A stretch of DNA of 64,000 nt, taken from NCBI GenBank assembly GCA_031400455.1, contig JANNPX010000005.1, positions 25,577-89,576 on the forward strand. Reading direction: 5' to 3'. The notes under the pieces are model-generated. The model worked only from the letters and a program-made list of their open reading frames with translations. It was not told the origin of the DNA and did no database searches. The stretch is from Chloroflexota bacterium. Lineage in GTDB: Bacteria > Chloroflexota > Dehalococcoidia > DSTF01 > JACRBR01. Made by a program: the position numbers and the translations under genes. This document shows, in pieces, positions 36,001 to 44,203 of this stretch; positions within the stretch are counted from its first letter, which is position 1, and every line of letters begins with the position of its first letter.

Positions 36001-37645
36001 CAAGATCTATCCGTGGATCGCCAAGACCCGCTACACCACGCCGGGCGTAGGCCTGATCAGCCCGCCGCCGCATCACGACATCTATTCGATCGAGGACATC
36101 AAGCAGCTCATCCATGACCTGAAGAACGCCAACCCGGACGCCCGCGTCCACGTGAAACTCGTGGCACAGGTCGGCGTCGGCACGGTCGCGGCGGGCGTGG
36201 CCAAGGCCCACAGCGATGTCGTGCTTATCTCCGGTCATGACGGCGGCACCGGTGCGTCGCCGCTCACGTCGATCAAGCACGCCGGCGCGCCGTGGGAGCT
36301 TGGCCTCGCCGAGACGCAACAGACCCTCATGCGCAACGGTCTCCGCGACCGGATCGTCGTGCAGGTGGATGGCCAGTTGAAGACCGGCCGTGATGTGCTC
36401 ATCGCCGCACTGCTTGGCGGCGAGGAGTTCGGGTTCGCGACCGCACCACTCGTCGTGAGCGGTTGCGTGATGATGCGCGTCTGCCACCTCGATATGTGTC
36501 CCGTCGGCATCGCGACGCAGAACCCCGAGCTGCGCAAGCGCTTCTCCGGCAAGCCTGAGTTCGTCGTCACGTTCTTCGAGTACATCGCCGAGGAGGTGCG
36601 CGAGTACCTCGCCGCGCTCGGGTTCCGCTCGATTGAAGAAGCGATTGGGCATACCGAGGTGCTCGATGTGCGAGCTGCGATCGACCACTGGAAGGCGGAC
36701 AGCCTCGATCTCACACCGATCCTCGAAGAAGCGGAGAACCCGTATGAGGGCCAGACCCGTTTCTGCAGCCGGGGTCAGGAGCATGGGCTCGAGCGGGCCC
36801 TCGATCGCCAGCTCATCGAGCAATCCGCCGCTGCGCTCGCTGACGGAATCCCCGTCGAGATCGAAGCTGCCGTGCACAATACGAATCGCTCGGTCGGTGC
36901 GATGCTCGGATATGAGCTGACGAAGCGATGGGGCGGCGCGGGACTCCCCGACAACACGATCCGCATTCACCTGCGCGGTTCCGCCGGCCAGAGCTTCGGG
37001 GCGTTCGTGCCTCACGGCGTCACGCTCCGCCTCGAAGGCGACGCTAACGACTACACGGCTAAAGGCCTGTCCGGCGGCATCGTGATCGTGCACCCCGATC
37101 GGGATGCGCTCTTCGTGGCGGAAGATAATGTGATCGCCGGCAACGTCGCGCTTTACGGCGCCACGTCGGGCGAGGCGTACCTGCGCGGCACCGTCGGCGA
37201 GCGGTTCTGCGTGCGCAACTCCGGCGCGACCGCCGTCACCGAGGGCATCGGCGACCACGGCTGCGAGTATATGACGGGCGGACGGGTAGTCGTGCTCGGC
37301 CCCACTGGCCGGAACTTTGCAGCCGGGATGTCCGGCGGGATCGCCTACGTCTACGATCCCGACGACCGCTTCCCGGCGCTCGTGAACTACCAGATGGTGG
37401 AGCTCGAGCCGCTCACCGCAGACGACCGCGAGTGGTTGCGCGCGACAGTCGAGCGCCATCGCGAGCTGACGGGCTCTGATGTGGCCGACCGCCTGCTCAC
37501 ACAGTGGGAGAGCGAGGTCGAGTCGTTCCGCAAAGTAATGCCCCAGGACTTCAAGCGGGTGCTCGCGGTCATGGAAGAAGCGGCCGCCTCCGGTCTATCA
37601 GAAGAAGAGACGCTCACGCGTGTGATGGCGGCGGCGCATGGGTGA
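33047..37645 (+). CDS. gltB: Glutamate synthase large subunit
   Basis: HDACGVG N-terminal nucleophile, [54 protein letters not shown]-terminal domain. Confidence 0.98.
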   Translation: MPNPEGLTPRPLPFSALPEAKGLYDPRFEHDACGVGFVVDVTGAKSHDIVATALGALCNLDHRGASGAEANTGDGAGILIQVPDGFFRAVTPFSLPAGGAYGVGLAFLPADVSAADKARGVVEDLAEEQGLRVIGWRHVPINAASIGPTARAVIPSFWHCFVTDPAGSMGIDLDRKLFVLRKRTEHEIRVDLPIYFASLSSRTLIYKGMLTTPQLEEFFPDLSDPRIESALALVHSRFSTNTFPSWPLAHPYRYVAHNGEINTVQGNRNWMRARQAQISTPLIPDLERCFPIITDGSSDTMKFDECLELLHLSGRSLAHSVLMMIPEAWENHATMSEAKRAFYRYHASLMEPWDGPASIAFSDGTVIGAVLDRNGLRPSRYWVTDDNRVIMASESGVVDIDPARVVKKGRLKPGKMFLVDTSLGRVVHDEDIKAELAAEHPYEEWCEQGLVHLSDLPDRKHVVYSHQSVVRRQMTFGYTHEELKLLVAPMAKLGIEAVGSMGTDTPVAVLSARPRLLFDYFSQLFAQVTNPPLDALREELVTSLVSTIGAEGNLLDAQPDACHQIALPFPILDNDELAKLIHINDDGDRPEFAARVLPGFFRVAGGGAALREALDRVQAEALAAIAEGVRIIVLSDRDSGPDLAPIPSLLLVSAVHHHLIREGKRTQVGLVLETGDAREVHHMALLIGYGAGAINPYLAFESIEDLVAQDLYGLGEADPHKAIKNYVKAAGKGVLKVMSKMGISAVASYRSAQVFEAIGLGHELVDEYFTGTVSRLGGIGLDQIAEEVARRHHRAYAPRPTELAHRDLDLGGEYQWRREGEYHLFNPETVFKLQHATRAKRYDVYKEYTQLVDDQSKRLATLRGLFTLREDVRQPVPIDEVEPASEIVKRFATGAMSYGSISKESHETLAIAMNRIGGKSNTGEGGEDADRYVRDPNGDLRRSAIHQVASGRFGVTSEYLVNADDLQIKMAQGAKPGEGGQLPGFKIYPWIAKTRYTTPGVGLISPPPHHDIYSIEDIKQLIHDLKNANPDARVHVKLVAQVGVGTVAAGVAKAHSDVVLISGHDGGTGASPLTSIKHAGAPWELGLAETQQTLMRNGLRDRIVVQVDGQLKTGRDVLIAALLGGEEFGFATAPLVVSGCVMMRVCHLDMCPVGIATQNPELRKRFSGKPEFVVTFFEYIAEEVREYLAALGFRSIEEAIGHTEVLDVRAAIDHWKADSLDLTPILEEAENPYEGQTRFCSRGQEHGLERALDRQLIEQSAAALADGIPVEIEAAVHNTNRSVGAMLGYELTKRWGGAGLPDNTIRIHLRGSAGQSFGAFVPHGVTLRLEGDANDYTAKGLSGGIVIVHPDRDALFVAEDNVIAGNVALYGATSGEAYLRGTVGERFCVRNSGATAVTEGIGDHGCEYMTGGRVVVLGPTGRNFAAGMSGGIAYVYDPDDRFPALVNYQMVELEPLTADDREWLRATVERHRELTGSDVADRLLTQWESEVESFRKVMPQDFKRVLAVMEEAAASGLSEEETLTRVMAAAHG

Positions 37646-39086
37646 GACGACGGGCTTCCTCAAGTGGGGCCGCATAACCCCCAAACGGCGCGATGTCTCC
37701 GTCCGCCTGCACGATTGGCACGAGGTGTACGAGCCGATCGAACTCGTCACGCTGAAACAGCAGGCCGGCCGCTGCATGGATTGCGGCATCCCGTTCTGCA
37801 ACAACGGTTGCCCGCTCGGCAACCTGATCCCGGACTGGAACGATCTCGTATACCGCGATCACTGGCGCGACGCGATTGAGCGCCTGCATGCAACGAACAA
37901 TTTCCCCGAATTCACCGGTCGGGTGTGCCCCGCGCCGTGCGAAACGTCGTGCGTGCTGGGCATCAACCAGGACCCCGTCACGATCAAGCAAGTTGAAGTC
38001 GAAATTGTCGACCGTGCGTGGGCAGAAGGTTGGATCCAGCCGGTCGTGCCGTCGGTTCGAACCGGCAAGCGCGTAGCCGTCGTTGGATCTGGCCCGGCCG
38101 GCCTCGCCGCGGCCCAGCAGCTCACCCGTGCCGGACATGACGTCGTGGTGTTCGAGCGGGCTGACCGCATCGGCGGCCTGCTCCGGTACGGCATCCCCGA
38201 GTTCAAGCTCGAGAAGCGCCACGTCGACCGCCGGCTCGACCAGATGCGCGCCGAAGGCACCGAGTTTCGCGTCAACGCCAACGTCGGCGTCAACGTTTCT
38301 GTCTCTGATCTCCAGGCATTCGACGCCACGGTCCTCGCCGGTGGTGCGACCGCCGCGCGCGACCTCCCGATCCCGGGACGCGAGCTGCGCGGAATCCATC
38401 AGGCGATGGAGTACCTGCCGATCGGTAACCGCGTACAGGAAGGCGACCTACCCGAGCCGACAATTACGGCTGCCGGTAAGCGAGTCGTCATCATCGGCGG
38501 CGGCGACACCGGCGCCGACTGCCTCGGCACTGCGCATCGCCAGGGCGCCCTCTCGGTGCACCAGTTCGAGATCCTGCCCCGGCCGCCCGAGCATCGCGCC
38601 CCTACGAATCCGTGGCCTACGTGGTCGAACGTCTTCCGTGTGTCATCTGCCCACGAAGAAGGCGGCGAGCGCGTCTACAGCGTCAACACGGAACGCTTCG
38701 TCGGCGACGAAGACGGAACTGTGCGCGCACTGGTGGCGTACGAGGTCGAGATGCGCGATGGCCGCTTCGAGAAGGTCGAGGGCACCGAATTCGAGCTGCC
38801 CTGTGAGCTCGTCCTGCTGGCGATGGGCTTCCTCGGTCCTGAACGCGAAGGATTGCTCGAGAGCCTCGGCGTCGGCCTCGACCAGCGAGGCAACGTCGCG
38901 CGCGACGCCTCATTCATGACGAGCGTGCCAGGCGTCTTCACTTGCGGCGACATGGGCCGAGGCCAGAGCCTCATCGTATGGGCCATAGCCGAGGGGCGCT
39001 CGTGCGCGGCCGGCGTCGACCGCCACCTCGCAGGAGAGACCCAACTCCCGGCCCCGATAGAGCCCACTGCGCGCCCGCTGCTGTAA
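37638..39086 (+). CDS. gltD: Glutamate synthase small subunit
   Basis: [59 protein letters not shown]. Confidence 0.97.
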   Translation: MGETTGFLKWGRITPKRRDVSVRLHDWHEVYEPIELVTLKQQAGRCMDCGIPFCNNGCPLGNLIPDWNDLVYRDHWRDAIERLHATNNFPEFTGRVCPAPCETSCVLGINQDPVTIKQVEVEIVDRAWAEGWIQPVVPSVRTGKRVAVVGSGPAGLAAAQQLTRAGHDVVVFERADRIGGLLRYGIPEFKLEKRHVDRRLDQMRAEGTEFRVNANVGVNVSVSDLQAFDATVLAGGATAARDLPIPGRELRGIHQAMEYLPIGNRVQEGDLPEPTITAAGKRVVIIGGGDTGADCLGTAHRQGALSVHQFEILPRPPEHRAPTNPWPTWSNVFRVSSAHEEGGERVYSVNTERFVGDEDGTVRALVAYEVEMRDGRFEKVEGTEFELPCELVLLAMGFLGPEREGLLESLGVGLDQRGNVARDASFMTSVPGVFTCGDMGRGQSLIVWAIAEGRSCAAGVDRHLAGETQLPAPIEPTARPLL

Positions 39087-39178
39087 CTGCCGCCGGGACA
39101 CATGACGTTGCGGTCGAATCCCTACGCATCCCTTCAGCTTTTTCGCGAAACGGCCGTGCATGGCCAGACCCCGGCTAG

Positions 39179-40198
39179 TCAGTGCGCCTGAGCGTCCGCA
39201 CCGTTGCGCCGCTCCCGCGCTCCGAGGCGTTGAAGATATAGATAACAGACGAGCGCGATGATCCCGTACGGGATCGTGACCACCAGGCGGAATAGCACGG
39301 CGGTCGCCGCGCCTTGTTCGATTGTGAGCCCGAACTTGCGCAGGATGGCTGCGAGCGATCCGTCCATGGCGCCCAGGCCGAATGGAAGCAACGAGGCGAT
39401 GCCAGCGAGTTGGGATGCGCCGAACGCGACCCACACCTCGGTCGGGTCGACGGAGTCCGCGATGCTCCGCGAAAGTAGCCAGATTTGCAGCGTGAAGATG
39501 CCGAACAAGAGCGCTGTCACGGCGGACCACCGGATGAGCAAACTGCGGTCGCCCATGACGACGCCCACCTGCCCGGTGGCATCGCGCAAAGGGCGAAGCG
39601 CCCGCGCGACACGTGACGTCCCACCGCCATCGCCTCGGGCTGGCAACGCCCGCAGGAGCGATGGGACCAATGCTGGCGCGCCGAAGAGCGGCAACGACGC
39701 CGCGGCGACGGCAAGCGCCGCCCCGGAGGACAGCGTGACGAATGCGGCGCCAACGCCCGTGCCGAGCGCGAGCAGGTAGACCGACAAGCCGCGTTCGAAC
39801 ACGACCAGCGCAATCCCGTCGGCGGCGGGAATGTTCGCGTGCGAGCGGAGCGCCGCTGCACGCAACAGTTCTCCGGCGGACGCCGGTGTGAGCGAACCCG
39901 CGACGTTGCCAAGGATCATTGCTGGCACGAGGATGCGTGCCTCCACCCGGTGTCCCAGTCGCAGCAGTACGAAGCGCGATCGCAAGGCGAACAACGCCGC
40001 CACGGGGAGATCTAGCGCAAACGCTCCCGCTACGAAACGCAGATCGGCGTCCCTGACGGCCTCGCGCAATGCTCCGAGGTCAACTTGATGGTAAAGCAGC
40101 GCGGCGAGGATCGCGAACACCGCAATGTTCACCGCCCGCAGCGTGTGACTCCGTATAAGGGTAGCGACGCCGGTCGAGTGTCTGGCGGCGTCATCCAC
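39179..40198 (-). CDS. Lysylphosphatidylglycerol-synthase TM / UPF0104 flippase-like membrane protein
   Basis: TPASAGELLRA, FERGL, LPFGLGAMDG, A.AVLFRLV; multiple TM helices. Confidence 0.82.
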   Translation of the reverse strand: MDDAARHSTGVATLIRSHTLRAVNIAVFAILAALLYHQVDLGALREAVRDADLRFVAGAFALDLPVAALFALRSRFVLLRLGHRVEARILVPAMILGNVAGSLTPASAGELLRAAALRSHANIPAADGIALVVFERGLSVYLLALGTGVGAAFVTLSSGAALAVAAASLPLFGAPALVPSLLRALPARGDGGGTSRVARALRPLRDATGQVGVVMGDRSLLIRWSAVTALLFGIFTLQIWLLSRSIADSVDPTEVWVAFGASQLAGIASLLPFGLGAMDGSLAAILRKFGLTIEQGAATAVLFRLVVTIPYGIIALVCYLYLQRLGARERRNGADAQAH

Positions 40199-40904
40199 TT
40201 CGGCTCTCGTCGATGCTGCCCAAGATCGTCAGCACGTCACCGTGGCGCGATGAGTTGAGGCGGTACAACTGGAAGAGCGCGCTGGCAACGAACCTGTCGA
40301 GGCGACTGTATTTGATGTCTTTCGCGTTACCACCCGCGTACTCGATCAGCGAACGATAGATCGGCGAGTAGAACGGGAACCCCCACTCGATCACCTGGTC
40401 GATCTTGAACCCGGCTCGCTTCATCTTATCTTCGAGCCCGTGACGCGTGTAGTTGCGGACATGGCCGATGTGCGCCTCCGACTTTCGCATACGGCCCTGC
40501 AACGTGGCCACAATGACGTAGCGCTCGCACATCGCGCGGAGCTTAGTGAGGAACCCGTCATCGTCGACGACGTGCTCGATCACCTGCGAAGTGAGGACGA
40601 GATCAAAAGTGCGGTCGAGTTTCTCGTGTTCGAGATCCACAGCCCTGAAGTCGCCCTTCACGCGCCTCCGCGCCGCATTTAGCGCGACCTCGGATAGGTC
40701 GATTCCGGTCACATCCGTGATGCCGAGCTGCTGCTGGATCGCTTCCAGGTTGGTGCCATTGCCGCATCCGGCATCCAGAATCGAGTTCACGCTAAGCGGG
40801 CGGATCAGGTCGACGATGATTTGGCGGTTGTGGCGGTGCACCGGTCCGACATCCTGCATACCGCCCCATGTCTCACCCCAGAGTGCTTCGTAGTCGGCGG
40901 TCAT
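40191..40904 (-). CDS. Class I SAM-dependent methyltransferase
   Basis: ILDAGCGNG, TGIDLS, FDLV..SQVIEHV, GHVRNY; GGAGG SD. Confidence 0.9.
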   Translation of the reverse strand: MTADYEALWGETWGGMQDVGPVHRHNRQIIVDLIRPLSVNSILDAGCGNGTNLEAIQQQLGITDVTGIDLSEVALNAARRRVKGDFRAVDLEHEKLDRTFDLVLTSQVIEHVVDDDGFLTKLRAMCERYVIVATLQGRMRKSEAHIGHVRNYTRHGLEDKMKRAGFKIDQVIEWGFPFYSPIYRSLIEYAGGNAKDIKYSRLDRFVASALFQLYRLNSSRHGDVLTILGSIDESRSG

Positions 40905-40932
40905 TGTGGCCTCCCTGTAGCGTCGTCTTGTG

Positions 40933-41985
40933 TCATGAAGCGGCGATGCGCGCTGTTTCATGGCGCATCGTGCTGAGCTTCGTGCGGTCGAACAGCATGG
41001 TGCGGAACAGCCACCAGCGGCCGACGCGGCGCGTCGCGAGCACCCGCCGGCGTCGCTCAGAATATTGCGGCATCGCCGCGGCTGTGGCGAGCGCGGCGAC
41101 GATCGTCGGCGGGACGAGCAAGGCTGCGTACGCCGCGCGCTTCCATGCGGGTAGTCCGAATTCTCCGGCATTCAGCGGCGAGCCGGCGAGCGTCACAAGC
41201 GCGAGTGGTACGAACTCGGGCCACGTGCTGCACTTCCAGAGCGCGAGCAGTCGGTTGCGGATGATGCGAACGGTCTTGACGAATGTGCGATATGACAGCG
41301 AGCTCGCGAGCGTGTGCTTGTGGTACACAACGGATCGCGTGGCGACAACCGTGCGATAGCCGGCGCTGCGCACGCGCAATCCGAGGTCCATGTCCTCCGC
41401 ATAGGCGAACATGTCCGGATCGAATGCGTAACCGAGTTCATCGATGAGGTCGCGACGGACGATGATCGAAACGCCGTGGAGGAACAATGTATCGACCACC
41501 GGCTGTGTTACTGGCACGCGGCGATAGTGTACGAAACCGAACGGCGAGAGATCTGCCGTGTGCGCGCCGGTCACGGGCGCGGTGCGCTCCATCGCCCGAA
41601 ACTCCGGGTACCACGGCTGGATGATATTGGCGTGCGCCGCCGCGATCCCCGGCTCGCATTCCATCGCACCGATAAGCTCCAGCAGCCAGGATCGATGCAC
41701 GACGACGTCCTGATTGAGGAAGACGATGTAGCGACCCTTGGCATACTCGACTCCTTTGTTGTTGCCCATGCAGTAGCCGTAGTTGCGATCCAGCCGATGC
41801 ACGGAGACGCCGTTGTGCCGGTCAGCAGCGTCAGGTGTGCCATCCGTGGAGCCGTTATCGACGAACAGGATCTCGTACGGGCGATCGAAGTCCTGATCTC
41901 GGAGAGAATCCAGGCACGCATCGACGTAGTCGCGGCCGTTCCAGCCGAGGACGATGATGCTCGCGTCGGGCGTCGCGACGTTCAC
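40933..41985 (-). CDS. Glycosyltransferase family 2
   Basis: IIVLGWNG, VDNGSTDGT, NYGYCMGNN, FLNQD, AYAEDMDL..R, VYHK. Confidence 0.93.
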   Translation of the reverse strand: MNVATPDASIIVLGWNGRDYVDACLDSLRDQDFDRPYEILFVDNGSTDGTPDAADRHNGVSVHRLDRNYGYCMGNNKGVEYAKGRYIVFLNQDVVVHRSWLLELIGAMECEPGIAAAHANIIQPWYPEFRAMERTAPVTGAHTADLSPFGFVHYRRVPVTQPVVDTLFLHGVSIIVRRDLIDELGYAFDPDMFAYAEDMDLGLRVRSAGYRTVVATRSVVYHKHTLASSLSYRTFVKTVRIIRNRLLALWKCSTWPEFVPLALVTLAGSPLNAGEFGLPAWKRAAYAALLVPPTIVAALATAAAMPQYSERRRRVLATRRVGRWWLFRTMLFDRTKLSTMRHETARIAAS

Positions 41986-42849
41986 TCAGCCACCGCTCTT
42001 CGTGGATACGAGCAGACAGCCATGCCACGGCGGCTTGTGGGCGTCGCGCTTCCCCCACAGCAGGTAGACGAACCCCGTGAGGATCCCCAGAAACGGAATC
42101 CTCGTCAGCAGCATCGATCGCAGCCACACGCGCCCGTTCTGGTCACCTGCGATGCGCGCGCGCGGGTAGAACGCCTGTAGCTCATCGACGGTTGGCAACC
42201 CCTCCTTCAGATGTTCGACGGAGTTTCGATCCTGCATGCCGGAGAGGCGCTGGTGCCAGGTGTTGAAGCGCCGGTCGAGGTCCATCCCAGCCCACCTGCC
42301 GTCGGCCGACACAGCCGGCACATGGATGATCACCGTATTCGCCGCGACCCGTTGCGTCTCGGCGGCGAAGGCGGCCCGTTGCCGTCGCGGGAAGTGCTCG
42401 AGCGCATCGACCGCGATCACGACATCGAACGCGCCGTCCCGAAATGGCAGCGCCGCGCCATCGGCGACGATGCTGCGAACGCGCGCGTCCTCGGGCGCCG
42501 GCAGGAAGAATGGATCCAGCATGCAGATCTGATAGCGGCTCGGGTCAAGGAACTGCGTCACGCCTTTGTGCCCGGAGCCGATCTCCAGCACGGTCGTTAC
42601 GCTGCTGCCAAGTGACTTCGTCGCCTCGACCACGGCGGCGTATCGCTGCCAGAGGTCGACGCGACCGCCGAAAGCCAGCGCCTCGATGACACCGAATCGA
42701 TCCGTCCGTGCGCGTCGCGCAAATCTACGCTCAAGGAATCGCCGGATCGCGAAGTCCGGCGCGAAGATCGACAGAACGACGCGCTCCGTGAGTGATTTCC
42801 CCGAAGCTGCTTTAGTGTAAATGGGCGGAGACAGGCGGGTGTCGGCCAT
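41986..42849 (-). CDS. Class I SAM-dependent methyltransferase
   Basis: VLEIGSG, ADGAALPF.DGAFDVV...DALEH. Confidence 0.85.
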   Translation of the reverse strand: MADTRLSPPIYTKAASGKSLTERVVLSIFAPDFAIRRFLERRFARRARTDRFGVIEALAFGGRVDLWQRYAAVVEATKSLGSSVTTVLEIGSGHKGVTQFLDPSRYQICMLDPFFLPAPEDARVRSIVADGAALPFRDGAFDVVIAVDALEHFPRRQRAAFAAETQRVAANTVIIHVPAVSADGRWAGMDLDRRFNTWHQRLSGMQDRNSVEHLKEGLPTVDELQAFYPRARIAGDQNGRVWLRSMLLTRIPFLGILTGFVYLLWGKRDAHKPPWHGCLLVSTKSGG

Positions 42850-42893
42850 CAGAATGCGTGCCTTTCCGGCGAATCGTCCCTGGCCGCCGCTCG

Positions 42894-44069
42894 CTAGTCT
42901 TCGAGAAGGCTTGCGAGCGCACCCACCAGGCCGACGTTGACCCCGACGATGATGGCCGCCTGTGCGATGGCAGCGAGATCGAGCCTGCTCACGTGGGCGA
43001 CATCTACAAATGCTATCAACACGTCGATGCCCAGGCCGAGCACGATGAGCAACAGGCCGATTCCGATGAACTGCTCCAGTCCAAGGTGGCGGTGGTAAAA
43101 ACGGAGCATGGCGTCTTCATTCGTGATGCCGCGCGCCGTCAAGTACAGACGCGACGCGAAACCCAGCAAGAGCGCGTTGACCCCGACGACTAAGAAGATG
43201 CCGCCGGCGAAGATGGGCTGCCATGTGAGATCTCCGATCTCGATGCCGTTTTGCGGTAGCGCCAACGCCAACGTGACGATGCCGAGCAGCGTGAGTGCGA
43301 TGCCGGGAATCGTGAACAGGTAATTCGGGCTGGCAAGCAAGAGGAATCGCAGATGCCGCCAGCCGTCGCGCATGGTGTTGAGTTTGGCTTCGCCCAACCG
43401 CACATCGTAGGGTACCGGCACATCGGCGACCTTCAGTCCCCGACGCGCCGATTTGAGAATCATCTCCGACGCAAGCTCCATGCCGTCCGTGCGTAGGTCG
43501 AGGCGATCGAGGGCGCTGCGCGTGAAAGCCCGGAGCCCGCATTGGCTGTCGCCGACTTTGAGGCCGCTGAAGATACGGAGGAGAAATGAGATCACCGGCG
43601 TGCCGATGTACCTGTGGCTCCAGGTCATAGCGCCCGGTGCGATGCCGCCGGCGAAGCGATTGCCCACGGACATGTCGGCGCCGTTAGCCAGCGGCTCCAT
43701 CAGGCGATCAAGGTCACTGAAGTCATACGTATCGTCGCAATCACCCATCACCAGCCAGTCGCCCTTGGCTTCCGCGAACCCCCGCCGGAGCGCCGCGCCG
43801 TATCCCGGGCGCGGTTCGTGCACCACACGCGCGCCAGCCGCAGCTGCCAGTTCAGCCGACCGGTCGGTCGAGCCGTTGTCGACGACGACGACCTCGCCTG
43901 TGTACGCGCTGCGCTCCAGCCACGAGAGGGCTTTCCGCACGCACGTCTCGACCGTCTGCTCTTCATTGAGGCAGGGCATCACGATCGATATGCTGACAGA
44001 TGCACGCTCTGCGGCCCGGGCGGCTGCTGGACGCTCGTACGCGCCTTCCAAGGGGTGGGACGCTGCCAT
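42894..44069 (-). CDS. DPM1-like GT2 (polyprenol-phosphate glycosyltransferase) with C-terminal TM helices
   Basis: SIVMPCLNEE, VDNGSTDRS, GYGAAL, MGDCDDTYD, DSQCGLRAF, GMELASEM, GEAKLN..RDGWRHL. Confidence 0.92.
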   Translation of the reverse strand: MAASHPLEGAYERPAAARAAERASVSISIVMPCLNEEQTVETCVRKALSWLERSAYTGEVVVVDNGSTDRSAELAAAAGARVVHEPRPGYGAALRRGFAEAKGDWLVMGDCDDTYDFSDLDRLMEPLANGADMSVGNRFAGGIAPGAMTWSHRYIGTPVISFLLRIFSGLKVGDSQCGLRAFTRSALDRLDLRTDGMELASEMILKSARRGLKVADVPVPYDVRLGEAKLNTMRDGWRHLRFLLLASPNYLFTIPGIALTLLGIVTLALALPQNGIEIGDLTWQPIFAGGIFLVVGVNALLLGFASRLYLTARGITNEDAMLRFYHRHLGLEQFIGIGLLLIVLGLGIDVLIAFVDVAHVSRLDLAAIAQAAIIVGVNVGLVGALASLLED

Positions 44070-44203
44070 TCCTTTATCCTTCCCGAGACGCACCACAGTA
44101 CCACGATGTAACGGCACGACACGCTCAGGGTTACGCCTGATGAAACCCTACATTTCGCGACCGACATGTCTTAGGTTGAGGATCACGGGTCAGACATGAC
44201 CGA

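Noticed and set aside
33047-39086. Impression that gltBD look actinobacterial and were horizontally acquired
   Set aside because: Based only on recalled N-terminal resemblance, and no compositional break is visible; it needs a phylogeny.
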